NCBI GenBank assembly: GCA_964500835.1
Contig: CAZCQL010000014.1
Location: forward strand, 3,029 to 67,028
From: an uncultured Bacteroides sp.
GTDB lineage: Bacteria; Bacteroidota; Bacteroidia; Bacteroidales; GCA-2748055
Direction: 5' to 3'
Length of the DNA stretch: 64,000 bases
The notes under the pieces were generated by a model. The model had not been told where the DNA came from, ran no database searches, and saw nothing but the letters and a program-made list of their open reading frames with translations. The translations under genes were made by a program, and so were the position numbers. Positions 26,056 to 35,872 of the stretch are shown here, piece after piece; position 1 is the stretch's first letter; every line of letters starts with the position of its first letter.

Positions 26056-28923
26056 TCATTTTAACTCTTTGTTCACCTTGTCCTGTAAAGAGGGAAGATT
26101 TCCTTTATGAATGTAGACCTTACCCCGGGTATGGTATCTTTTCCGAAGAGCAAATGTGACAGGTTCCAGGGCCATGCCGATGGCTACACCCGGATCAAGC
26201 AGAATTTCCTCAGACCGGGGCCAGGCCATACAGAGAAACTCCCCTCCCTCTTTTGACTCCACTGCAATAGCTCCCCTGCCGCTGATATCCAAGGTCGACC
26301 CCTCCTCGAAGCTTTTCCAACCCTTTGAAGTAAGGAGCCAGGTCCGCTCTCCTTCAGGATCCGAAAAGGGCGTTCCCTCCACATACATCAGAAACTCAGG
26401 GGGGGTGTGCAAAATGCCCTCTCCTTTATTTTGCCACCAGTACTCCAGATCCAGGTCGTCCTGATTGGGACTGATCCGGCCGCCCCGCAACCAGTCTCCC
26501 TCATTGGATTCGAACCAAAGAGAGTTTCCTTCACTCCGATTCCAATTGGCCTTTTTTGTTACATGTGACTCAACTTTAGCTGATGTACTGGGAAAACTCA
26601 GTCCAAGTTCAATCGATTGATCTTTTTTTATTAATGTTACAGAAGCAGGAATGCGCTTCCCTTCCCTTTCAACCAATTCTATCTGTTCCACCTCTTTGAG
26701 GGCTTTTCCCACACTCACTTTAAGTGTCTGCTCCGTCCCATCGCTATATACCAGGAATACCGCTCCAAAAGTCCCTCCTTCTTCACTGAATACCTGATAG
26801 CCATCAAGTTCACTATTCCTGGCATGAGATAGCAAGCTCCACCTGCTCCCCTCCTTTTTCCAGATCCGGGGATATTGCCATTCGGTCAGTCCTGTGATCA
26901 CCACCGGCAATAGATTCTTCCCTCCCTGGAGGGTAAATTTGGCTTGGTTTCTATGGGCCCCGATCTTCACAGGCAGATTCAACAATATAGTTCCTTTTTT
27001 GCAGGAAGTAATTTTCGGAGCATCAATGCCATATTGTTCTGCTTCACGCCTTGGGGTTTCCGAACCATCTCTGGTCCCATACGGCAACCAAAACCCGTTA
27101 ATTTCGAAAAAATCTCCAGGATTTAATACCATTTTGTTCTGGTCCGGAACCAGCAGCAGCCGGGTATCATCTTCCCTGTCCATGGCAAACCGGCCTTTGT
27201 AGGCTCCGGTTTGCAACGATGCTGCAGGACCAATACCATGAGGTCCTTTAAAACTGCGAATCACTATGGCATTGGAACCTCGCTCCTTTACACTATCCCC
27301 AAACACCGCCAGAAATGCATTTTCCGAAGGAAGCTTTCGCCCCTTGACGGGAAAGGGGGATTTTGTAAAGTCTATCTCCATGTCTTCGGTGCCAGTGGTT
27401 GCAAATCCGGTGAATTTCAGGTTCTGGATTCTCGAGGTGATGGTCAGAAACCTGAAATTAGCCCCTGCATCCTCTATTGTGATGGGTCTCAATACCTCAT
27501 AGGTTACATGGAAGAAGCTTCTCAGTTCATCCACCTGCGGGGTCTCCCAGATATCGGCTGCAATTCTGATGCTGCTGTCTGCACTGAGGTAGTTTATCTG
27601 TATATCATACCAGTTAGGACCGGTACTGCGGTAGAGTGTACTTTCGTATTTGGAGTGTTGCCAGACCTCTCCATCGTAAAAGCTTAAAAAACTATGTCCG
27701 GCTAGGTTGTCATGCTGGGGCTGACCGGTCCAGAAGGATTCCTGCCCCATGGCGCGGAAATCGGCGATGGCCACCCCTCCTATACCGGCATATTTAAATG
27801 GAACATAACAGGTGGTTTCAGTCACCCCGGTGGATGAATGAAAATAGTCCATCCAGGCTCCCAGCGAAGACCAGTGTTTGGTCATGTGCCTGCCCCAGTT
27901 CTGATAAAGGTGCAGGGAGGTCAGGCTGACCTGCTCTCCGGGTTCCAGGTAGAGCGGAAAAAAGGTTTCACTAAATGCAGTATCGTCGGGATTGTAAAAC
28001 TTCTCCTCCTTTTCACCTCCAAAATTTTTTGACACCTGAACCAATACCGGCATCGGATGGCCCTCTTTATCGAGTAAAGCCCCTCCCTCCACAATGGCTC
28101 CTCCCTCTACAGAAGTATGACCAATGTATATCTTCCTGGGTTCATCATCGTTAGTCAGGCTGAATTCAGCAGTCTCGTAGCGATTGGGAAACTCATAGAA
28201 TTGCTTCTGGAAACTACTGGAAGTAACTGTTCCGATTTCATAGTAGCCTTTTCTGTAATTGTAATGCAAGGGCACCTTTCCCATTGTAGTTGTAAAGAAC
28301 TGATTGGGCAGGGGATCTTCTTCCCCGAAGAGCGGAAAGGTGAAATTCTGCTTTGTGCCTTCCGCAAAGGGGAAGCAATCAAAGCTCTGGGGAGCAATTC
28401 CCCGCACATGCACCTTGCTGGCCTTGAAATTCCCGGTAGCATGCCAGGTAATCTCGGCCAGCATTTTTTCCGGATAGCAATAGAGGGTCAGGTCTCCGCT
28501 TAAAGGGGCCACCTCCCCCCCTTCCGATGTGGGATGCATATCAAACCAGTGTACCTCGCAAAAGTAGGGCCCCCTTCTATAGAGGTTTATCCTCGTGGTA
28601 TCGGCCGAAAGCTTTGTCGAGTACAGGATTCCCTGATCATCCTCCAGCTCCATCCACAACCAGGGCCTGTTCTGATCGTCCGCCAGAAGGTGCGGTTTTT
28701 CAAGCTGACCGGTAACCAGGTATTCTTCTGCCAGAATCTGAAAGGCATGTCGGGATGCATCTGCATATTTTACCTCAAGACCTGGTCTGGACGAAACAGG
28801 TTGGTGATTGAAGTCCTCTGTCCACTGATCTGAAGCGACCTTTCCACATTGATTCAGGGATGCTGCAGTAAGAAGTATAAAGATGGTAGTAACAAATAAC
28901 CTTTGTGATTTGAGGTAATTCAT
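26056..28923 (-). CDS. Large secreted lipoprotein-like protein of unrecognised family (955 aa)
   Basis: Leader MNYLKSQRLFVTTIFILLTAASLNQC. Long uninterrupted ORF sandwiched between two sulfatase genes on the same strand. No recognisable catalytic motif. Confidence 0.85.
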   Translation of the reverse strand: MNYLKSQRLFVTTIFILLTAASLNQCGKVASDQWTEDFNHQPVSSRPGLEVKYADASRHAFQILAEEYLVTGQLEKPHLLADDQNRPWLWMELEDDQGILYSTKLSADTTRINLYRRGPYFCEVHWFDMHPTSEGGEVAPLSGDLTLYCYPEKMLAEITWHATGNFKASKVHVRGIAPQSFDCFPFAEGTKQNFTFPLFGEEDPLPNQFFTTTMGKVPLHYNYRKGYYEIGTVTSSSFQKQFYEFPNRYETAEFSLTNDDEPRKIYIGHTSVEGGAIVEGGALLDKEGHPMPVLVQVSKNFGGEKEEKFYNPDDTAFSETFFPLYLEPGEQVSLTSLHLYQNWGRHMTKHWSSLGAWMDYFHSSTGVTETTCYVPFKYAGIGGVAIADFRAMGQESFWTGQPQHDNLAGHSFLSFYDGEVWQHSKYESTLYRSTGPNWYDIQINYLSADSSIRIAADIWETPQVDELRSFFHVTYEVLRPITIEDAGANFRFLTITSRIQNLKFTGFATTGTEDMEIDFTKSPFPVKGRKLPSENAFLAVFGDSVKERGSNAIVIRSFKGPHGIGPAASLQTGAYKGRFAMDREDDTRLLLVPDQNKMVLNPGDFFEINGFWLPYGTRDGSETPRREAEQYGIDAPKITSCKKGTILLNLPVKIGAHRNQAKFTLQGGKNLLPVVITGLTEWQYPRIWKKEGSRWSLLSHARNSELDGYQVFSEEGGTFGAVFLVYSDGTEQTLKVSVGKALKEVEQIELVEREGKRIPASVTLIKKDQSIELGLSFPSTSAKVESHVTKKANWNRSEGNSLWFESNEGDWLRGGRISPNQDDLDLEYWWQNKGEGILHTPPEFLMYVEGTPFSDPEGERTWLLTSKGWKSFEEGSTLDISGRGAIAVESKEGGEFLCMAWPRSEEILLDPGVAIGMALEPVTFALRKRYHTRGKVYIHKGNLPSLQDKVNKELK

Positions 28924-28999
28924 GAGGCTGATTATTATTGAAACCTATAGTTGAATCTTCGTGCCAGCCAAGGGCTTGTGGAAAATGATCTACCAAGGG

Positions 29000-29062
29000 C
29001 CACTCATGTAAGATTAACTTCATTTTATATCCAGCGTGATCATTTCCAATTGCAATCTTCAC
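29000..29062 (-). pseudogene. Possible 5' scrap of an RpiB/LacAB-family sugar-phosphate isomerase gene
   Basis: ORF 28775..29062 begins MKIAIGNDHAGYKMKLILHEW. MKIAIG.DHAG... is the highly characteristic RpiB N-terminus. Similarity is lost after ~20 codons, and the frame then runs across the start of the 955-aa gene. Confidence 0.3.
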
Positions 29063-29196
29063 AAATTTTAGGTAAGTATCATTTATTGTTTAATGAATTT
29101 CATTCGATGCACCCGGTTCTCCGAAGCCAGGATCAGAATAACAGCAGTCCAAATCTTACTTATTCTTTTCATAGATAGGCCTGTCTTTAGTTGGGT

Positions 29197-30510
29197 TTAT
29201 TGATTCCACCATCTCTCAAGATGATCTGTAAGCCGGGCTGCAATCTCGGGATTCGCTTCTGCCTGGTTATTCCATTCAAAGGGATCTTCGTCCAGATTGT
29301 ATAGCTCCGGACCACGCTTCGGATCATATGTCGGATCTGTTAGGATTAGTTTCCAGGGCCGGGTTATTATTATCCGGTGATAGAGACTGGAATCCACACT
29401 TTTAAAATCGTGTGCATACACTTCAGCAAAAATTGCCTCACGGTCAGTCCGTGCCTCTTTGTCAAGGATATTGATCCCCTGCAAATCCCCTGGTGCTTTT
29501 ATGTCACATACATCCAGAATGGTGGTGGCTATGTCGACACTGCTGGAGAGCGAGGTTTTATCCATTACCGGTTCGATCATCCCTTTCCAGCGGTAGATGA
29601 TGGGAGTACGGATTCCCATATCATAAGGTTCCCTTTTGGACCTGGGAGCATAGCGGTTGGGACGGTCTGGATCCTGGATCCATCCGTTGTCGGCTATATA
29701 AACAAAGAGGGTGTTTTCTGACAACTCTTTTTTATCAATGTAATCCATCAGCTGCCCGCAGGTGATGTCAAACCATTCACACATGGCCCAGTAATTAGCC
29801 ATTGCCGGGGTCGGCGCCAATGGCAAATATTTGATCCGGAGGCTGTCTGGAGGTGTATGAGGTGCATGGGGTAGAAAGGGCGCATACCAGACAAAAAAAG
29901 GCGTTTCTGAGTCCTGCGCTTCATCTATAAAATCGAAGATCACATCTAGTCCCTCTCTTCCAATCTTAAGTCCTTCATCGCCATGCCTTCCACCCCTGGA
30001 AGGATCCCCATGGGTCATACCCTGGGAGAATCCCCCCACAGAATAGTTTCCTTCCCACCATTTTCCTGTTTGTAAAGAGACATAGCCAGCTTCTCCAAGG
30101 AGGTCTGCCAGGGCAGGTAAATTTTCAAATCCATCGACAAACGATTGGTTATTCTTAGCCCGCTGAGCCAGCCACTTTTTTCCATAGGCTGCCTTGCCCC
30201 CGGGATTGAATACCGGATCATTGCCAAGCACCTTATGTTGATGCGGATAGAGCCCGGTGGCCATGGAGGCCAGTGCCGGTCTGCAGAGCGGAGCCGTGGT
30301 ATAGCCATTTGTAATGGTAAGTCCTTCTGCAGCCAGTTGATCTATTCTTGGAGTCTCTATGTACCCATGACCCATAAAGCTGTAATCGGTCCAGCTCTGA
30401 TCATCAGAGATAAGTAAAATGATATTTGGTTTGTCGGGTTGCTGACTAATTTGACAACCAGAAACTCCTAATGACAGAGCCAGGCCGAACAGCAATAGGT
30501 TCTTATTCAT
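29197..30510 (-). CDS. S1-family sulfatase with non-canonical active-site motif (C-R-P-A-L)
   Basis: Lipobox GVSGC and NIILLISDDQS, with the sulfatase fold throughout. The signature reads APLCRPALASMATG, so Leu replaces the conserved Arg of C-x-P-x-R-x4-T-G. Confidence 0.9.
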   Translation of the reverse strand: MNKNLLLFGLALSLGVSGCQISQQPDKPNIILLISDDQSWTDYSFMGHGYIETPRIDQLAAEGLTITNGYTTAPLCRPALASMATGLYPHQHKVLGNDPVFNPGGKAAYGKKWLAQRAKNNQSFVDGFENLPALADLLGEAGYVSLQTGKWWEGNYSVGGFSQGMTHGDPSRGGRHGDEGLKIGREGLDVIFDFIDEAQDSETPFFVWYAPFLPHAPHTPPDSLRIKYLPLAPTPAMANYWAMCEWFDITCGQLMDYIDKKELSENTLFVYIADNGWIQDPDRPNRYAPRSKREPYDMGIRTPIIYRWKGMIEPVMDKTSLSSSVDIATTILDVCDIKAPGDLQGINILDKEARTDREAIFAEVYAHDFKSVDSSLYHRIIITRPWKLILTDPTYDPKRGPELYNLDEDPFEWNNQAEANPEIAARLTDHLERWWNQ

Positions 30511-30741
30511 AACAGGCCGTTTATTTGGTGGTTTTCAAATGTAATAAAACTCAACCTGTCTGTAAATGCACGAACCGAGAAAGGATTTACACTATTTGAC
30601 CCAATAGTTTGGCTATAGAATGTGAATCTGTTTACTCCCTTCATTGAGTTTCAATTTCAAAACTCTCCAACTTCAACAGGCAGTTCAAGAAAACAAAAAG
30701 GACTCCCCCTCTCAATAAACCAGGTTCTTCCGAAGACTATG

Positions 30742-31722
30742 CTATGTCTTGATCAGGTTCTTATCCTTGTCATAAAGGAGCCTTCGATACTTTTCGATCT
30801 GGTCTGACTTTCCTTCAGAGCGTGTCAGGAACTCAGCTTTTTCATCCTCAGAAAGCGGAGTAAAATTCTGAACTAGGGACATATTTTCATGGAGTATATC
30901 CATGGAATCGATGCCGGATACTACCGTGGAAACAGGCTGACTAAGGGCATACCTCATTCCCTCCACAGGCGTGGCGATCCCCGATTCTTTCAAATGTCCC
31001 ATTCCATTGGATTTCATGGCAAAAATTCCAATATTGTTCTCCAGACAAAGGGGTAAAACATCTCTTTCAAAACTCACGTTCCGGTGAAAATCCCCAATAT
31101 TGATAGGCATCTGGGTGGTATCCCATGGGTAACCTCTTTTAATCATCTCAATGTGTGCTTTCGGATCGCTGTGTCCTGTGAAGCCAATGTACCTGAAAAT
31201 ACCCTGACTTCTCTGCTCGCCAGCCCATTCAATAAGCTTGTTGTTGAAAATATTGTCCACATCATCATCCTTGTTACCGATGGCATGAAACTGCATGATA
31301 TCAAAGCTGTCCAGCTGGAACCTGCTAAGTGTATCCTCCAGTTGTTTCTTGATTTCGTCCAGCGTACGGGCAGTAAACTTGGTCATCAACAATACCTTTT
31401 CACGGTATCCGTCCTTCAGGGCCTTTCCCATGATAGTTTCGGCCCTTCCCTTGTGGTAGAGCCAAGCATTGTCCATCATGTTAATGCCCTGATCAATGGA
31501 CTTACGAATGATACGAACTCCTTCATCTTCAGGTAAATCAGGATGTGAAACGTGAAACCCCCCCATGGTGAGTATGGAAATTTCCTCTCCCGTACGCCCC
31601 AGGATTCTTTTAGGAATAGTGATTGGTTTCATGCCTGCATAGCTGGATACAGGAAGAAGTGCAGCTCCAGCAGCCAGACCTGTGACCGATTTAATGAAAG
31701 TTCGTCTATTTGGATTTTGCAT
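30742..31722 (-). CDS. Aldo/keto reductase with twin-arginine (Tat) signal
   Basis: Start taken at MQNPNRRTFIKSVTGLAAGAALLPVSSYAG (RRxFIK Tat motif; ATG at 31722). AKR-family pattern follows: LGRTGEEISILTMGG, DNAWLY..G..E, and a GFTGH-type block. Confidence 0.88.
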   Translation of the reverse strand: MQNPNRRTFIKSVTGLAAGAALLPVSSYAGMKPITIPKRILGRTGEEISILTMGGFHVSHPDLPEDEGVRIIRKSIDQGINMMDNAWLYHKGRAETIMGKALKDGYREKVLLMTKFTARTLDEIKKQLEDTLSRFQLDSFDIMQFHAIGNKDDDVDNIFNNKLIEWAGEQRSQGIFRYIGFTGHSDPKAHIEMIKRGYPWDTTQMPINIGDFHRNVSFERDVLPLCLENNIGIFAMKSNGMGHLKESGIATPVEGMRYALSQPVSTVVSGIDSMDILHENMSLVQNFTPLSEDEKAEFLTRSEGKSDQIEKYRRLLYDKDKNLIKT

Positions 31723-31814
31723 ATTGTTCCGTTGGTTTATTATTATCTGTTCTTCTATCCCTTTTAACAACCATAACTCTTTAATGTTTTGCAAATAACG
31801 TGGTACAAATTATT

Positions 31815-34322
31815 TTACTCCTTCACAAGCTGATAATGAGCAACATCTCCCTCCTTGCTTATGGTCTGCAGAAAATAGATTCCCGGGATCAGAAATTCGA
31901 TGTCCAGGGTAAATGGGGAATGTTGCGTACCATAATTACGGATCATCCTGCCACTGGTACTAAAGAGTGTAGCTGATTGAACTGCAGAGGAATTCGCAAT
32001 ATAAAGAACAGATCTGGCTGGGTTTGGATAGATCGTAATCTGGTTGGTTTGGACCTTATGGATTGAAGTGTGATCTGCATTCACATCAATTACCATTTCA
32101 CCAATAATACCCGATCCTTCCTTATCCGAAGCAGTTACCACTACCTGTCCCTCCTTTACAGAGGTAACCTGTCCATTTTGATCTACAATGGCCACACCAG
32201 AAGAATCAACGCTCCACTCCAATTCTATGGGATGGTCCGTATCAATAAGAACTTTGGCATATAACTGGAGGGTATTGCCAAGGCCTGCTATCTCAGTTGC
32301 CCCCCCTTCTCCAGTGACAGCCACTAAATCCTCTCTGAAGCGAATAAAATCGAAACAGATATCCCCCAGTTCCCCCCCGTTATTTGCGTCGAGCCTCAGA
32401 GATTCGATGACCAGTCCCGGGTCCCACTTTTCAGCATTCCTCATATCCACAAATACATCCCTGAAGGCAGTATCCTCAGGGAGCAAGTGAAAAGGGACAA
32501 AATCGTGCCCTCCCCCGCTGGGAAAAAGGTACATGGCCCCCCCTTTGCCTTTGGTTTCATTCCTTACCCTCATCCAGAGGTACTTCAGGCTACCCACTTC
32601 CCAGGGAGCCACGTTGTTAACCACGTAGGGGTCTCCATCCTGCACAGTAACCTTCAGGGCTCCTTCTGAATGGGATACCGTACATGCATGGGGATTCTCA
32701 TCCCAGCCTTCCACATCGTTCAAAAACTCCCACGAGGCTCTTTGCGTGTCATCTATGATTTCTATGGCAATCGATGCCTGTGCAGCACTACCAACCCTGG
32801 CAGTGGCAGTTACAGTTACAATTCCTTCAGCCAGGGCCGTAAGATATCCTGAAGAGCTGACTGAAACAATCTCCGGTGGATATGACGACCAATCCACATT
32901 TGCTGTATTCATTTCTGGTATGGTCTCTGCATACAACTGCAAACTATTGCCCAATCCATTAATCTCATTCACATCCTCATCGGTACGGAGCCTGATCAGG
33001 CTTTCAAGAAACCTGATGTGGCCCACCCGGGCTGTACCGGGCTCATTGCCGGAAACAGGCCGAAACCTGAACCTGCCATATGTAGTGTCTGCGGACCAGA
33101 AATCAAGGGTATCCAGATCCAGCACCACGTTCCTGTATTCCGTATCATTTGGAGTTAAAGGATATTGTACGGAATCGATATATCCTGCATTGGAGAAGAA
33201 ATGAAAAGCACCTGAATCCCCGGCAGTCTCGTTTTTTATGCTAATCCAGAGATAGCGAAGTTCACCCGGTTCCCAGGACTCGACAACATTGTCTACAGAA
33301 GGATGGTCACCAGATACGGTAAATTCAAGGTTCCCGGCTGATTGATTCACGCTGCCTCCGATTGTATTCTTGTTCCATCCCTCCAGGTCATCGGTAAATT
33401 CCCAGGCGTTTTTCTGCACTCCTTTTAAGTTATAGATCTCGGTCCGGATTTGATTCAGTGTTCCAATCACCAGCCAATAATCATATTCATAGACAGTGCT
33501 TTTATACATCTGGACGGTTTTGACCGGAGCAATATAGGAGGTAGATCCGTTAAGTGCTTCGCCACCGGGCTGTCCTGACATACCTGCCAGGAAATTATCG
33601 CAGATGGGCGTATAGACTCCCATTCCCCAGTGGTTATCATCCACAAAGGCCATCCAGTTTTCGGTCACCATATTATGGTGATACCGGCCCCAGAATCCAT
33701 TCTGCAGATACTCCACTTCCGGATTATCCAGGGGGCCTCCACTAAAAGGCAGAGACCCAAAGTAGGAATAGAGGTTCTTAAGGGCCGAAATGGGATAAAC
33801 AGCTGGCAGCTCCTGGCTTTTGTTTGTGCCTTCTGTCCAAATATTATCGGTCCTCAGGCAGGTGAGTTTGTTGTGCACTTTTATCACATTACCCGTCAGG
33901 GTGGTCCACTGCTCCATCTCAGCCTCTGCCGGTTCATTATTCATATCCCATAGCATAGGGATACACCTTGTATACAGTGTATTTCCATCAATGCGCTGCT
34001 CCAGGATCTCTGCCCGGTTGTTATAGGAATCACCCACCTGGATTGGATTCCACGACCAGGGTGACCAGTTGGGATTCTGGCCATCAGCCTGTCTGTTCAG
34101 GGCTTGACCTGCATAATAGGATTGCTGAATATATCTCCCCTCATCATGGATATTAACCAGGTTCCTGGTGCTACCCGATTCAGAGATGTATTTGATGGCC
34201 CCTCCCCTGGTTAGGTCGAGTTTCAAGTGGAGGGTATCGTTATTTAGTTCCAGGGTCTGCGCGGTTAATTCCATTCCTGATAGGATCAAAACCATCACCA
34301 GGATTGCATTCTTCGTTTTCAT
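31815..34322 (-). CDS. T9SS-exported multidomain protein: unknown N-terminal domain + 2x(CBM-like module + Big_2) + Por sorting domain
   Basis: Signal peptide. The ~300-aa N-terminal domain belongs to no family I recognise. A tandem repeat follows: module WEF.(D/N)D.EGW...(aa 307-441 and 531-663), each followed by an Ig-like Big_2 segment (LQLYA...VTVTA / VVVTA). The C-terminus is a T9SS CTD (ITIYPNPARSVLYI...GIYFLQT). Confidence 0.85.
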   Translation of the reverse strand: MKTKNAILVMVLILSGMELTAQTLELNNDTLHLKLDLTRGGAIKYISESGSTRNLVNIHDEGRYIQQSYYAGQALNRQADGQNPNWSPWSWNPIQVGDSYNNRAEILEQRIDGNTLYTRCIPMLWDMNNEPAEAEMEQWTTLTGNVIKVHNKLTCLRTDNIWTEGTNKSQELPAVYPISALKNLYSYFGSLPFSGGPLDNPEVEYLQNGFWGRYHHNMVTENWMAFVDDNHWGMGVYTPICDNFLAGMSGQPGGEALNGSTSYIAPVKTVQMYKSTVYEYDYWLVIGTLNQIRTEIYNLKGVQKNAWEFTDDLEGWNKNTIGGSVNQSAGNLEFTVSGDHPSVDNVVESWEPGELRYLWISIKNETAGDSGAFHFFSNAGYIDSVQYPLTPNDTEYRNVVLDLDTLDFWSADTTYGRFRFRPVSGNEPGTARVGHIRFLESLIRLRTDEDVNEINGLGNSLQLYAETIPEMNTANVDWSSYPPEIVSVSSSGYLTALAEGIVTVTATARVGSAAQASIAIEIIDDTQRASWEFLNDVEGWDENPHACTVSHSEGALKVTVQDGDPYVVNNVAPWEVGSLKYLWMRVRNETKGKGGAMYLFPSGGGHDFVPFHLLPEDTAFRDVFVDMRNAEKWDPGLVIESLRLDANNGGELGDICFDFIRFREDLVAVTGEGGATEIAGLGNTLQLYAKVLIDTDHPIELEWSVDSSGVAIVDQNGQVTSVKEGQVVVTASDKEGSGIIGEMVIDVNADHTSIHKVQTNQITIYPNPARSVLYIANSSAVQSATLFSTSGRMIRNYGTQHSPFTLDIEFLIPGIYFLQTISKEGDVAHYQLVKE

Positions 34323-35017
34323 ATCATTATATAGGGTATTTGAGGGTTCCGTTTGTTCTTTCTAATTCCTACGTGGAAAATCCATGTAAAATACAATTCC
34401 ATTATCATTCGGTCAATGTATAAAATGAGACACTTTATGCACAATTTGAGCCATCATGCAGCCGAATGAAAGCCTTGCAGAATTTCTCGTTTATTCGCTA
34501 ATATACTCCAACTCATTGAGAATTGACTATTCTCTCAGGAAACCGCTAGGAATCACCGGTAAATTACTAATTTTGGTTGAGCTCGCTAACCCAGAAATTC
34601 TTCTCCAGAGAACTGGAATTATGTAGCAGAACTGGACTGGATGGTGCAGGACAGGACAGTTACAGTTTCCTACACGCACCAAACCACCAACCAATTCAGG
34701 AAGCACCCGGTAATAGTGAAAGAACTCACTGCCCGCTTTGAACAGATCAAAGCAGAGTAACCAATCATTACCTGACCAACACCCGCTTCAGGTAATCTTT
34801 CATATACACATTGATATCAAAAAAATCAGAGACGGGCATGCCCGTATGAGGTACGGTCCAGGTATAAGGCACCGGGCCGAATTCAGGTGTTATGGTCACA
34901 TAGGGCCTCTTTTCAGCAACGAATCTGTCCACAACTCCTTTCTAAAGTTTCGACCAAATTCACCATGCACAAAAAAGCTTTATCTCCATGATTTCTTAGT
35001 TATTTGACGATTCGTGG

Positions 35018-35833
35018 TTACCGGGAAAAGATCAGGGGATTTTGTTGATCATCATTCATAGGATCGCCTACCTTCAGGCGTGAAACCTGTTCATTTGTAA
35101 GAATGTTCTGCACCCCGTTATATAGGCTGCCGTCTGGCATATAAGCGCAAGTCATGGCCCTTCGGAATCCAGGAGTCATATTGGCATGCGCTCCATGAAT
35201 GCAAAGCCCATTGTGAAAGGAGCAGCTGCCCGCTTTCATGAGTGCCGGCACAGAGGCTGATTGTATGAATTCAGGATAGAAATCAAAGACAGCATCCATG
35301 TTTTTGGTAATACCTGGATTTTTAAAGCTTGTCTTCTTGTGAGAACCCGGGATGAAAAACAAACAACCGTTTTCCAGGGTCACATCATCCAGTGCCACCC
35401 ATAAGGAGAGGGCTTCCCGGTGACTAAATGACCAGAAGGGGGTATCCAGGTGCCAGCTGGTGGGATTGGCCCAGGCCCGCTTGATAAGCGCCTGGTCGTG
35501 CCAGATCCTGATCCCATCCTGTCCGGATAACCGGGCAGCCATTTCTCCGATGTGTACATCAAGCATAAGTTTTTTAACCTTCTCATTGGTCTGCCACAGA
35601 TTTAAGAGCTGGTCAAATACTTTCCCGTAGTAATCACCGTTTTCATTGATGCCGTCATTTTCACCGGTCTTGATATCCAGTCCAGGGAATTTCCTTCCAT
35701 TCCTTTGCTGAACAGCCTCTTCCACTGCTTCACGCCACTCTTCAAGTTCATCAGGAGAGAGAAAATCCTCGATAATCACAAATCCATCTTCCTGATACTT
35801 TTTAATTTGATTTTCATTTAATTGATAATTCAT
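35018..35833 (-). CDS. Phytanoyl-CoA dioxygenase (PhyH) family Fe(II)/2-oxoglutarate oxygenase, cytoplasmic
   Basis: N-terminus LNENQIKKYQEDGFVIIEDFLSPDELEEW is typical of PhyH. The facial-triad candidates are WHLD (HxD) and a distal HGAHAN. No signal peptide. Confidence 0.85.
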   Translation of the reverse strand: MNYQLNENQIKKYQEDGFVIIEDFLSPDELEEWREAVEEAVQQRNGRKFPGLDIKTGENDGINENGDYYGKVFDQLLNLWQTNEKVKKLMLDVHIGEMAARLSGQDGIRIWHDQALIKRAWANPTSWHLDTPFWSFSHREALSLWVALDDVTLENGCLFFIPGSHKKTSFKNPGITKNMDAVFDFYPEFIQSASVPALMKAGSCSFHNGLCIHGAHANMTPGFRRAMTCAYMPDGSLYNGVQNILTNEQVSRLKVGDPMNDDQQNPLIFSR

Positions 35834-35872
35834 GGTATTTCATTTAAAGTGTGATCCACCTGTACAAATCTT

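Noticed and set aside
34775-34965. A minus-strand coding-looking stretch (…HGEFGRNF / VVDRFVAEKRPYVTITPEFGPVPYTWTVPHTGMPVSDFFDINVYMKDYLKRVLVR*) in the spacer upstream of the T9SS gene. The annotated (+) ORF 34738..35007 was also considered.
   Set aside because: It looks like the frameshifted 3' end of some gene, but I cannot assign a family. The (+) ORF is its shadow. It is too uncertain to list as a feature.
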